Positions 17,033 through 25,474 of a stretch of 50,362 nt of DNA are shown here, one piece after another. This DNA is from an uncultured Candidatus Saccharibacteria bacterium. GTDB lineage: Bacteria > Patescibacteriota > Minisyncoccia > Minisyncoccales > Staskawiczbacteraceae. The DNA lies in assembly GCA_964453095.1 (NCBI GenBank), contig CAYVRE010000001.1, positions 3,440-53,801 on the forward strand, read 5' to 3'. The translations under genes were made by a program, and so were the position numbers. How positions within the stretch are numbered: position 1 is the first letter of the stretch; every line of letters starts with the position of its first letter. The notes below the pieces were generated by a model that was given only the letters and a program-made list of their open reading frames with translations, was not told where the DNA came from and did no database searches.

Positions 17033-18130
17033 TTAAATCCCCTCTTCGCGTAATTTTTCAAGTAATTCTTTTTGCTTTCTTGATAATTTCTTGGGTGTTT
17101 TTATCTTCAGTTCAACATACATATTTCCTTTTCCGTATCCTCCGAAATGCGGAATGCCTTTTCCGGAAACCCTGAAAACCTTTCCTGACTCCGTGCCTGC
17201 CGGTATATCCAGCAGGATCTTTGTTTTTTCCAATGTTTCTATTTCAATTTCATCTCCTAAAACTGCCTGGGGAAAACCTATCTGGGCTTCTGCAAAGAGA
17301 TCGTCTCCCCTTCTTTCAAATACAGGATGTTTTTTAACCAGGATTCTGACATAAAGATTTCCTGCTTTGCCCTGCTTTTTTCCGGCCTCGCCTTTCCCTT
17401 CTATTTTTATCACCTGGTTGGTATCCACACCGGCCGGAATGCGTATTTCAATTGTTTCCTGGCCTTTTGTTCTGCCTTCGCCTTTGCAGACATTACATGG
17501 CTTTTCCGGAATTGTTCCCTCTCCTTTGCACTCAGGACAAGTGGAGATTGTTGTATAAGAACCCAGAAATGTTTTTTTTACCTGTTGCACCTGTCCTGTG
17601 CCTCTGCAGGAAAAACACTCTTTTAATTTAGTTCCCGGCTCAGCTCCGTTGCCTTGGCATCGGTGGCAGAAAATCTGTTTTGACAAAGTGATCTTTTCAA
17701 CTAATTCCTTTAAAGTTTTTTCAAGAGGTATTTCTATGTCAACTTGTATGTCCTTACCTTTTCTGGAATCTTTTCTGGATGTTCTGCGTCCGCCTCCGAA
17801 TATATCTCCAAATATCTCGCTCAAATCCCCCATGTCAAATTCAAAATCCTGTCCGGACCCAGAGGGTGCCCCCCTGTTTGACCAGGCCCAGTTAAAATCA
17901 AATCCCTGGTTGCCTCCCGGCGTACCCTGATCAAAAACCCTGCCAAACTGGTCGTATTGGCTGCGCTTCTGTTGGTCTGAAAGCACCTGGTAGGCTTCAT
18001 TTATCTCCTTAAACTTCTTTTCATCTCCGCCCTTATCAGGGTGGTGCTTATGGGCCAGCTTATGAAAGGCCTTTTTTATTTCCTCTTGCGTAGCGCCGCG
18101 CGATACGCCAAGGACTTCGTAATAGTCCAT
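17033..18130 (-). CDS. dnaJ: Chaperone DnaJ
   Basis: J-domain HPDK, G/F region, and four CxxCxGxG zinc-finger repeats. 1-nt TAATG overlap with dnaK. Confidence 0.95.
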   Translation of the reverse strand: MDYYEVLGVSRGATQEEIKKAFHKLAHKHHPDKGGDEKKFKEINEAYQVLSDQQKRSQYDQFGRVFDQGTPGGNQGFDFNWAWSNRGAPSGSGQDFEFDMGDLSEIFGDIFGGGRRTSRKDSRKGKDIQVDIEIPLEKTLKELVEKITLSKQIFCHRCQGNGAEPGTKLKECFSCRGTGQVQQVKKTFLGSYTTISTCPECKGEGTIPEKPCNVCKGEGRTKGQETIEIRIPAGVDTNQVIKIEGKGEAGKKQGKAGNLYVRILVKKHPVFERRGDDLFAEAQIGFPQAVLGDEIEIETLEKTKILLDIPAGTESGKVFRVSGKGIPHFGGYGKGNMYVELKIKTPKKLSRKQKELLEKLREEGI

Positions 18131-20013
18131 TATTGTTTTTCTTTGTAATTTCCTTCTTCAGTGTTATGATCTTCGTCTTTTGGCTTGTCCTGCGTTTCTC
18201 CGGTTGGCGGATTGCTTTTATACATTTCCGCGCCGACTCTTTGTATTGAAGAAGATAGGTCCTGCGTTTTATTCTTAATTTCCTCCATATTATCACTTTC
18301 TTTAGCTTTCTTCAATATTTCTATTTTATCTTCTATTTCTTTTTTGTCCTCGGGCTTTATCTTGTCTCCTGCATCTTTAATAGTTTTTTCGCAGGTGTAA
18401 ATTAAAGTGTCTGCCAGATTTTTGGTTTCAATGGCTTCCTGCTTTTTTTTGTCTTCAGAGGCATGGGCTTCGGCATCTTTTTTCATTCTTTCGATTTCTT
18501 CCTTGGAAATACCGGAAGACGCCTCAATCCTTATCGACTGGGATTTGTTAGTTGCTTTGTCTTTGGCTGAGACATTCAATATGCCATTGGCATCGATATC
18601 AAAAGATACTTCAACCTGGGGAAGGCCTCTGGGAGCCGGCGGAATGCCGTCCAGGATAAACCTGCCCAGCGTCTTATTATCCGCTGCCATTGGCCTTTCA
18701 CCCTGCAAAACGTGTATTTCAACAGATGTCTGGCTGTCAGCCGCCGTAGAAAATACCTGCGTCTTGGCAGTCGGCACGGTTGTATTTTTAGAAATCAAAA
18801 CCGTGCTAACTCCGCCCAATGTTTCAATGCCCAGCGAAAGAGGCGTTACATCCAGCAGCAATACATCTCTCACTTCTCCCTGCATTATTCCGCCCTGCAC
18901 TGCAGCTCCGATGGCAACAACCTCGTCGGGATTTACTTCTTTATTAGGCTCTTTGCCGAAATACTTTTTAACCTCTTCCTGCATCCTCGGCATTCTGGTT
19001 TGTCCTCCGACTAAAACAACTTCATTTATGTCTTTCGGCTCCAATCCGGCTTCTTTCATTGTTTTCTTTATCAAATCGATTGATCTGTCGATATAGTCTT
19101 GGACCATGTTTTCAAATTCAGCCCTTTTCAGCTTATACAGCAAGTGTTTCGGCCCTGAAGCATCGGAGGTAATAAAGGGAAGGTTGATTTCCGTTTCCAA
19201 GCTTGAAGACAGCTCAATTTTGGCTTTTTCAGCTGCTTCCTTTATCCTCTGCAAAGCCAGGTTGTCTTTCTGCAAATCAACTCCGTTGTCTTTTTTAAAT
19301 TCTTTGACTATCCAATCCATAACTCTCTGGTCAAAATCATCTCCTCCCAGATGCGTGTCTCCGCCGGTAGCTTTTACTTCAACTGTGTCAGCGCCGACAT
19401 CTAAGATGGAAATATCAAAGGTTCCTCCGCCGAAGTCATAAACCACAATCTTTTCATCTTTCTTTTTGTTCAATCCGTAAGCCAAAGCAGCGGCTGTCGG
19501 CTCATTGATAACTCTTTTTACATTGAAACCGGCTATTTCACCTGCAATCTTAGTGGCTTTTCTCTGCGAATCGTCAAAATATGCCGGGCAGGTAATAATT
19601 GCATCTGTGATGGTTTCCCCTAATTTAGCTTCTGCGTCAGCTTTCAGTTTCTGTAAAATCATAGCTGATATCTCAGCCGGGTTAAGCCACTTATCCCCCA
19701 TTTTAACCTCCACTCCGCCGTCAGCTGATTCTTTCATGGAATAAGGCATGAGCTTTTTATCTCTTTGCACTTCAGGGTCGTTGAACTTTCTGCCGATCAA
19801 GCGCTTTACGGAAAAAATAGTGTTCTCGGGGTTGGTAACCGCCTGCCTCTTGGCTAAAACACCGACAACTCTTTCATTGCCCTTTGACATAGCCACGATG
19901 GACGGAGTTGTCCTGGCTCCTTCTTTGTTTTCAACAATCTTGGCCTCTCCGCTTTCTACCACGGCCATGGCCGAGAATGTTGTTCCTAAATCTATTCCTA
20001 ATATCTTACTCAT
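18130..20013 (-). CDS. dnaK: Chaperone DnaK (Hsp70)
   Basis: 627 aa with Hsp70 signatures [15 protein letters not shown] and [10 protein letters not shown]. Confidence 0.97.
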   Translation of the reverse strand: MSKILGIDLGTTFSAMAVVESGEAKIVENKEGARTTPSIVAMSKGNERVVGVLAKRQAVTNPENTIFSVKRLIGRKFNDPEVQRDKKLMPYSMKESADGGVEVKMGDKWLNPAEISAMILQKLKADAEAKLGETITDAIITCPAYFDDSQRKATKIAGEIAGFNVKRVINEPTAAALAYGLNKKKDEKIVVYDFGGGTFDISILDVGADTVEVKATGGDTHLGGDDFDQRVMDWIVKEFKKDNGVDLQKDNLALQRIKEAAEKAKIELSSSLETEINLPFITSDASGPKHLLYKLKRAEFENMVQDYIDRSIDLIKKTMKEAGLEPKDINEVVLVGGQTRMPRMQEEVKKYFGKEPNKEVNPDEVVAIGAAVQGGIMQGEVRDVLLLDVTPLSLGIETLGGVSTVLISKNTTVPTAKTQVFSTAADSQTSVEIHVLQGERPMAADNKTLGRFILDGIPPAPRGLPQVEVSFDIDANGILNVSAKDKATNKSQSIRIEASSGISKEEIERMKKDAEAHASEDKKKQEAIETKNLADTLIYTCEKTIKDAGDKIKPEDKKEIEDKIEILKKAKESDNMEEIKNKTQDLSSSIQRVGAEMYKSNPPTGETQDKPKDEDHNTEEGNYKEKQ

Positions 20014-20034
20014 ATTTTTATATATTTAAATTAT

Positions 20035-20496
20035 TTATTTTGATATTTTCACTTTTGCGGGACGGAGAAGTTTTCCGTGCATTGTGTATCCTGTTTGGAC
20101 CACCTCTACGACAATCCCGGACTCTTCAGCCTGCCAGTCCTCACCCTCGCCGGAAGCATCGCGAGCGGAGACTTCTTCTACAACTTCCATATAGTTCGGG
20201 TCAAACTTTTCATAAAGTGTTTTCATTTGCTCAATCCCCTCTTTTGCCAGCAGATCGCAGAACTGTTTTTTTATTTGCGATATTCCTTCGTCGGCAATAT
20301 GTTTTTCCGCCAGGTCAAAGTTGTCTAAAATAGGGAGGATTTTCAGGATTAGCTCCTCGTTGGCGTATTTTACCATCTGTCCGATTTTCTCCATTTCCTC
20401 TTTTTTGTAGTTTAAAAAATCAGCCCGCTCTCTTTTCCAGCCGTTTAAATACTCCTCGCATTTGGCTTTTAATTCCTCAATTTCGTCCATATTCAT
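20035..20496 (-). CDS. grpE: Nucleotide exchange factor GrpE
   Basis: 153 aa. Coiled-coil N-terminus (WKRERADFLNYKKE) and position upstream of dnaK-dnaJ. Confidence 0.85.
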   Translation of the reverse strand: MNMDEIEELKAKCEEYLNGWKRERADFLNYKKEEMEKIGQMVKYANEELILKILPILDNFDLAEKHIADEGISQIKKQFCDLLAKEGIEQMKTLYEKFDPNYMEVVEEVSARDASGEGEDWQAEESGIVVEVVQTGYTMHGKLLRPAKVKISK

Positions 20497-20598
20497 ATCC
20501 GTATTATAGCAGAAAAAATCAAAAAATCAAGGGGTCTGCAGTGAAATAAAAAAAGACCGGGATTTCTCCAGGTCCTGCGCCGCCTATGAGGAGGCGCA

Positions 20599-20901
20599 TT
20601 AGCAAGACTGTTTTTGCATGCTCATGCGAGCTAGTATTTTCCCTCTGAGTTCAGAGTATTCTTCTTCAGACCGCCTTACGCGCCCTGATCGGCTGATCAG
20701 ATCGAAGTCTTGGTCCTGCATCTTCCTTGCCAAGGCGATAATATCATCAAGTATTTTCACATCGGTCGCGGTTAGCACGCGATTCTGCATAATCCTGCTG
20801 GTAATCTGCGCTCTGATGCGCAGAAGAGAAAACTGATCATCAATATGGACGGCCAGCTCATTCAACAGCTCTTTGTCGCTCATATCGGACGGCTCTTTCA
20901 T
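20599..20901 (-). CDS. Hypothetical protein (100 aa), orphan
   Basis: AGGAGG lies 6 nt before the ATG. Predicted all-helical, GC-rich relative to core, with hairpins and a T-run downstream (20540-20598). Confidence 0.5.
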   Translation of the reverse strand: MKEPSDMSDKELLNELAVHIDDQFSLLRIRAQITSRIMQNRVLTATDVKILDDIIALARKMQDQDFDLISRSGRVRRSEEEYSELRGKILARMSMQKQSC

Positions 20902-20916
20902 GGCACACCTCCTGTG

Positions 20917-21183
20917 TTAAGTAAGCCTAAAACAGTTCGACGGGATGGGTTCACCCACTATTATTCTTTCGCGCAGCTCATCGACATCGGACCAATTGAA
21001 GCCGAGCTCAGGGTGCGAGGCAAAACGGCCGGCGGATTTTATGGCTTCTCCGGCGCCCGCATCGTTGTAGAAAAAGATGTACGCTTCCCCGCCCTTTATC
21101 AGGCAGCGGATGTTTATATCCTTTGTCTCGCTGAGAAGAGCTAATCCCCTCGCCATCATTAATTCTCCGATGTCTTTTTTCAT
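20917..21183 (-). CDS. Hypothetical protein (88 aa from the SD-proximal ATG), orphan
   Basis: AAGGAAAGGA lies upstream of ATG 21183 (MKKDIGEL...). The gene is 15 nt upstream of the 100-aa ORF and directly downstream of the tRNA-like gene. Confidence 0.45.
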   Translation of the reverse strand: MKKDIGELMMARGLALLSETKDINIRCLIKGGEAYIFFYNDAGAGEAIKSAGRFASHPELGFNWSDVDELRERIIVGEPIPSNCFRLT

Positions 21184-21235
21184 AGGACAATCCTTTCCTT
21201 TTGAAAACAAAAAATACAATTTTCAACGAGCGGAG

Positions 21236-21312
21236 TGGAGCCGATAGGATTCGAACCTACATATTCCACCCTGCTTTCGCAGGGGTGCTGTCCTATATCA
21301 GCTTACGGCCCC
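21236..21312 (-). ncRNA. tRNA-Ala-like RNA lacking an anticodon loop
   Basis: Hand fold: GGGGCCG-TAA-GCTG-ATATAGGA-CAGC-A-CCCCTGC-GAAA-GCAGGGTGG-AATAT-GTAGG-TTCGAAT-CCTAT-CGGCTCC-A. It has a 7-bp acceptor stem with G3:U70 and A73, plus canonical D and T arms. The anticodon arm is replaced by a 6-7 bp helix closed by a GAAA tetraloop. Confidence 0.7.
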
Positions 21313-21327
21313 AATAAACTAATATCT

Positions 21328-21356
21328 ATAATATTACTTTTAATAAAGTTTTGCAA
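21328..21356 (-). promoter_or_regulatory. Promoter for the tRNA-like gene
   Basis: On the minus strand, TTGCAA (21351-21356), 17 nt, TATTAT (21328-21333), 15 nt before the RNA 5' end. Confidence 0.5.
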
Positions 21357-21366
21357 CCCTTGGCTT

Positions 21367-21879
21367 TTACCTTATCCCGGTGTCGCAGCTGATTATAACT
21401 TCGGTGTATTTGTTTTTTTCCACTTTTATGGCGCCCTGCCTGGAACAATGAGAAAATATGCCGGCTGTGTCTGCCGAGCTAATTGCGTATTCTCCGGGCT
21501 CCAACTCTACACTGAATTTTCCGTCGTCTCCTGAACTGAATTGCCGGAAGATTTGCGTTCCGTCAGGTGAAGTTGCAACAAGGTCTGTTTTATATGGCCT
21601 GTCATCGCAGCCTTCTTCCGGCGGGTCTTTCATCACGGGGCACATCGGGCCCAACATAGCTATGCCCTTTATACCCGACAGCTCTACGGCCGGACAATCA
21701 GAAAATTCGCAGTTCGGTCCGGTGCGTCCGACATACGAACCGTCAGAACAAAGCTTAGCTTCCATAGTACAAGCAGTTATTTCCTGCTCTTGGTTATAAT
21801 ACAAAAAATAACCGGCCAGTGCGGAGATAATGACAAGCGCGGGAATAATTAAAATTAAATAGGTTTTCATATACTTCAT
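21367..21879 (-). CDS. Membrane-anchored secreted hypothetical protein
   Basis: 170 aa. N-terminal TM, Cys motif CTMEAKLCSDGSYVGRTGPNCEFSDCP, then a beta-rich domain (GKFSVELEPGEY). Confidence 0.6.
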   Translation of the reverse strand: MKYMKTYLILIIPALVIISALAGYFLYYNQEQEITACTMEAKLCSDGSYVGRTGPNCEFSDCPAVELSGIKGIAMLGPMCPVMKDPPEEGCDDRPYKTDLVATSPDGTQIFRQFSSGDDGKFSVELEPGEYAISSADTAGIFSHCSRQGAIKVEKNKYTEVIISCDTGIR

Positions 21880-21884
21880 TTTAT

Positions 21885-21908
21885 CAAAAAAGCCGCCTGT
21901 TGGCGACT
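21885..21908 (-). terminator. Hairpin plus T-run after the FKBP gene (possibly a partial terminator)
   Basis: On the minus strand, GTCGCC-AACA-GGCGGC-TTTTTT. The next ATG (21879) lies only about 6 nt beyond the T-run. Confidence 0.4.
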
Positions 21909-21926
21909 TCTTTGTTTTTTATTATT

Positions 21927-22409
21927 CTATTTGCCCTGCACTTTAATGCTAAGCATATCTATCTCAAAGATAAGAGTTGCGTTAGAAGGGATTATAGGAG
22001 GCCGGCCCTGCTCGCCATAGCCTAATTCCGGCGGAATTGTAAGTCTTCTCTTTTCCCCCACCTTCATTCCCAGAAGCCCGATTTCCCATCCCTGTATAAC
22101 CATATTCTGTCCCAAGGTGTATGGAAACGGCTGATTTCTATCGATCGAAGAATCGAATTTTGCGCCATCGGTTAAGGTTCCGACATAATCCACCACTATG
22201 TCATCGCCGGCTTTAGCGCCCTCGCCTGTCCCCTCTTTTAATATTTCAATTTTCATACCTTGTATTTCGTAAGAATTATTTTCTTCTGCAGGAATTGTGC
22301 TTTCCTGCTGGCTTGCACTATCATCTCCCCTTTGCAGAAAAAAATATACTCCTATGATTGCCGCTATTAATATTATTACTGCGATAATTATTAAAATCGT
22401 TTTGCTCAT
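21927..22409 (-). CDS. FKBP-type peptidyl-prolyl cis-trans isomerase, membrane-anchored
   Basis: N-terminal TM. FKBP domain VDYVGTLTDGAKFDSS...VIQGWEIGLLGMKVGEKRRLTIPPELGYG. Confidence 0.9.
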   Translation of the reverse strand: MSKTILIIIAVIILIAAIIGVYFFLQRGDDSASQQESTIPAEENNSYEIQGMKIEILKEGTGEGAKAGDDIVVDYVGTLTDGAKFDSSIDRNQPFPYTLGQNMVIQGWEIGLLGMKVGEKRRLTIPPELGYGEQGRPPIIPSNATLIFEIDMLSIKVQGK

Positions 22410-22478
22410 ATTTTTTGAATTTGCTTAATAATTTTTGGAATATATTTGAATATATCACAAGAATAAAAAATTGCAAAA

Positions 22479-25406
22479 TCATTTCTGCGCATAATCGCAG
22501 ATATCTTTGAAATCGCAGTACTGACATTGCCATCCGGGCGTCGGATCAAACTGGCTGTTTCTTATCTTTTCAATCTCATCTGTTATCTTGGCTTTTTGCG
22601 CAGCAATGTCTTTTTCCGAGCCCAAGAATGAAGCCAGCTTGCCATCCTCTAAATAGTAGTAAGCCAGCTGCTTGGGTTTCAAGTGCAGAACCTCCTCGGC
22701 TGCTATCTGATAAATCAGAAGCTGTTCTTTGGCTTCAAAATCCAGCTTATCTTTTGACCGGCCTGTCTTGTAATCGATAATAACAACTCCATCTTTTCCC
22801 TCATCAATTCTATCTATTACGCCGTATAATGTATGCTCCCCTATTTTCAGATTAAAGGGCATTTCCAGAGCCACCTGGTTATTGACCTTCAATATCCTGG
22901 GCGGTTCTTTTTCAAATTTCTTGTAAAACTCCTTTATTATCTCTTTGCCCAGCTTGTAATAATCGTCTTTTTGATTCTGATCGGCATACCATTCATCGAT
23001 CCAATTCTTTTCGTATAATTTTTCCAGCTGAACAAAACCTTTGTCTCTTTTATTAGTTTTTTTAATTGGCTTCTCGCCGAACAGATTTTCTTGCTCAGGT
23101 TTTTTATCTTCGTTCATAAGCTTTAGAAAGTCATGCAAGGTATTGTGCATTGTCTTTCCAAAAGAAAAAACAGCTTTGCCCCTAGTCGACACCTTCAGAA
23201 TAAATCCAAACTTATATTGCAACGGGCATTTCTCAAAAGCAGCTAATTGTGAATAGGAAAAATGTTCGGGCAGATATTGCGGTTCTATTTTCTTTTTTAA
23301 TCTTTCAGCCGGCTTCAGCTTTTCAGCCAGCAGTCCGTTTTTTTCGCTTAGCGCTCCCCCATCTTCCGCGCGATAGTTCATTTCCGACAAGAATCTGGAT
23401 AGCTTTTTATTTCTCTGGCCGCCGTAGTCGTCAGCTGAGGTGAAATACAGCTCTTTTTTGGCTCTGGTCATTGCCACATAGCAAAGCCGCCTTTCCTCCT
23501 GTAAATGTATATCTCCCTTGGGCTTTATATCCTTTATCAAAGCATCGGGCAGCTCTATGGGATCCTTTCTTTCAATAGTCGGAAATCTTTTGTCAACCAT
23601 ATTGGCTATAAAAACATATTTGAATTCCAGGCCCTTGGCGCCGTGTATTGTCATAACCTTTATCATGTCAGGCCCCTGTTCCGGATCAAACTCCAGCTTG
23701 CCCTCTTCCCCGGATTCCAATTCCAAGTTCATCTCTTCCATAAAGTTTTTCAGGGCCGGCTCGACAGCCGCTTCCTCAAAGGTTTTGACTTTTTTGTAAA
23801 ACTGATTCAGCTGGTCTATCTTCTCTGTTTCATTTTTGTTTATCAAATGTTTCAGGTATCCGGAATCTTCCAGAAAGGCCACTAAAATCTCCGCGACGCT
23901 TTTTTCCCTGGCCTGCTGGCTGTGTTTTTTTATCAGACTCAATACAAAGGCGACTCTTTCCCGGGTTTTATCAGAAAGCCCTGGAATTATCGGCAACTCA
24001 TTTAGCGCGTCGAAAAGAGATTTTGTTCTTCTGCGGCTGTATTGGGTAATGGCCGCGATGTCTGTGTCCGGAATCTCCAAGAAAGGAAGATTCAATATCC
24101 TGTAAACCGCTGTGCCTTCGTGGTAATTGTCCAAAAGCTTGAAATACGAGATTGCATCCAGAATCACCGGCTTGGAGTAGAGCCCTCTTGAAGCCAGAAA
24201 TTGATAAGGCAGATTAGCCCTTTCCAGCGCCTTGATAAAAGGAATAGCCGAATCATTGGCCCTGACTAAAATCGCAAAATCATTGTAGCTTGCATCGTTG
24301 TCGCGCTTCAATATCTCCAAAATCTTTTTCAGGGTCTGGCCGACTTCCTGGTCTAATGTTCTGGCATGCATGTGCTCTATAATCCCCTTATCCTTGCCGG
24401 CTGAGATAAGCTTCTTATCTATTTTGCTTACGAATTCCAAACGGTCAGGGTCATTTTGTTTTATAAACTCATACGACTGGTCCAGGATATTCTGGCCCGA
24501 TCTGTAGTTTTTTATCAAAGACACCGGCTTGGCTTTGGGAAAATCATTCGAAAACTGCACGATATTGGAGAAAGAAGCTCCCCTCCAGCGGTAAATGGCC
24601 TGGTCATCGTCAGCGCAGACAGCCAGATTGTTTCCAGGCGCTGCCAGTATTTTAATCAGCTCGTACTGCGACCAGTTGGTATCCTGAAATTCATCAACTA
24701 AAATGTATTTGAACTTTTTCCTATACTTTTCTAAAATCAAAGGCCTCTTTTTGAACAGCTTCAGGCAGTAATTTATCAAATCGCCGAAATCCAAACAGCT
24801 GTTTTCCAGCAAAATCTGCTGATAAGCGTGGTAGGCATTGGCAACTTCCATAATCCTTTCTGTTTCAGCATCTTCCGGCCCGTCATCCCTGGTTTTTAAA
24901 CCGTCGGCGTATTCCAAATAATTCTCGGGGTAAACCTCCTGGTCTTTGCAGTGCGAGAAATGTGAAATCAATGCCTGAATAAATTTGGTCGGATTGCCCA
25001 GTGCTTTGTAATATTTCAAATTAAACCTATTGAGATTCTGGCGGGCCAGAAGCCAGCCAGACGTCTGGTCTAAAATCTTAAAATCATTAGGTAACCCGAT
25101 ATCCAGCGCATTGTCCCGCAAGACCCTTTCGCAAAAAGAATGAAAGGTTGAAATCCATAAATCCATGTATCCGTATTCCAACAACCTATCTACCCTTTCC
25201 TCCATTTCCGAAGCTGCCTTTTCAGTAAAGGTAACGGCCAAAATTTCTTCCGGCAGAGCAAGCTTTTTTTCAATCAGATTAACTATCCTCTGGGTAATTA
25301 CTGTTGTCTTGCCGGTTCCGGCGCCCGCCACAATTAAAAGCGGCCCCTTATTATGAAGCACCGCCTCCTTTTGCTCATCGTTTAATTTTGATAAATTCAG
25401 CGCCAT
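22479..25406 (-). CDS. UvrD/PcrA-family helicase fused to a PD-(D/E)XK Cas4/AddB-type Fe-S nuclease
   Basis: 975 aa. Walker A AGAGTGKTT and VDEFQDT. The C-terminus has GVIDRID...IIDYKTG plus Cys ligands CPLQY ... CQYCDFKDIC. Confidence 0.85.
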   Translation of the reverse strand: MALNLSKLNDEQKEAVLHNKGPLLIVAGAGTGKTTVITQRIVNLIEKKLALPEEILAVTFTEKAASEMEERVDRLLEYGYMDLWISTFHSFCERVLRDNALDIGLPNDFKILDQTSGWLLARQNLNRFNLKYYKALGNPTKFIQALISHFSHCKDQEVYPENYLEYADGLKTRDDGPEDAETERIMEVANAYHAYQQILLENSCLDFGDLINYCLKLFKKRPLILEKYRKKFKYILVDEFQDTNWSQYELIKILAAPGNNLAVCADDDQAIYRWRGASFSNIVQFSNDFPKAKPVSLIKNYRSGQNILDQSYEFIKQNDPDRLEFVSKIDKKLISAGKDKGIIEHMHARTLDQEVGQTLKKILEILKRDNDASYNDFAILVRANDSAIPFIKALERANLPYQFLASRGLYSKPVILDAISYFKLLDNYHEGTAVYRILNLPFLEIPDTDIAAITQYSRRRTKSLFDALNELPIIPGLSDKTRERVAFVLSLIKKHSQQAREKSVAEILVAFLEDSGYLKHLINKNETEKIDQLNQFYKKVKTFEEAAVEPALKNFMEEMNLELESGEEGKLEFDPEQGPDMIKVMTIHGAKGLEFKYVFIANMVDKRFPTIERKDPIELPDALIKDIKPKGDIHLQEERRLCYVAMTRAKKELYFTSADDYGGQRNKKLSRFLSEMNYRAEDGGALSEKNGLLAEKLKPAERLKKKIEPQYLPEHFSYSQLAAFEKCPLQYKFGFILKVSTRGKAVFSFGKTMHNTLHDFLKLMNEDKKPEQENLFGEKPIKKTNKRDKGFVQLEKLYEKNWIDEWYADQNQKDDYYKLGKEIIKEFYKKFEKEPPRILKVNNQVALEMPFNLKIGEHTLYGVIDRIDEGKDGVVIIDYKTGRSKDKLDFEAKEQLLIYQIAAEEVLHLKPKQLAYYYLEDGKLASFLGSEKDIAAQKAKITDEIEKIRNSQFDPTPGWQCQYCDFKDICDYAQK

Positions 25407-25437
25407 ATTGATATATCTTATCAGAAATTAAAACAAC

Positions 25438-25458
25438 AAAAAAGAGCGGCGCCCGCCC
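25438..25458 (-). terminator. Rho-independent terminator after the 408-aa surface protein gene
   Basis: On the minus strand, GGGCGG-GCG-CCGCTC (one G-U) followed by TTTTTTG. Confidence 0.5.
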
Positions 25459-25474
25459 TTTTTTGTATAAAATA

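Noticed and set aside
18185-20333. Series of plus-strand ORFs (71-229 aa) inside dnaK/grpE, and similar antisense ORFs inside pyrG, the helicase, dnaX, murF and others
   Set aside because: All are antisense shadows of strongly supported genes, with Ser/Leu/Phe-rich translations and no start signals.
21236-21312. Interpreting the tRNA-like gene as an ordinary tRNA, an intron-containing tRNA, a frameshift-suppressor tRNA with an 8-nt loop, or a tmRNA
   Set aside because: No register gives a 5-bp stem with a 7-nt loop and U33. The 8-nt alternative (GCGAAAGC) also lacks U33 and breaks base pairs. The extra length is only about 3-4 nt, so no intron is possible. Both acceptor strands lie within 77 nt with no mRNA-like domain, so it is not a standard or permuted tmRNA.
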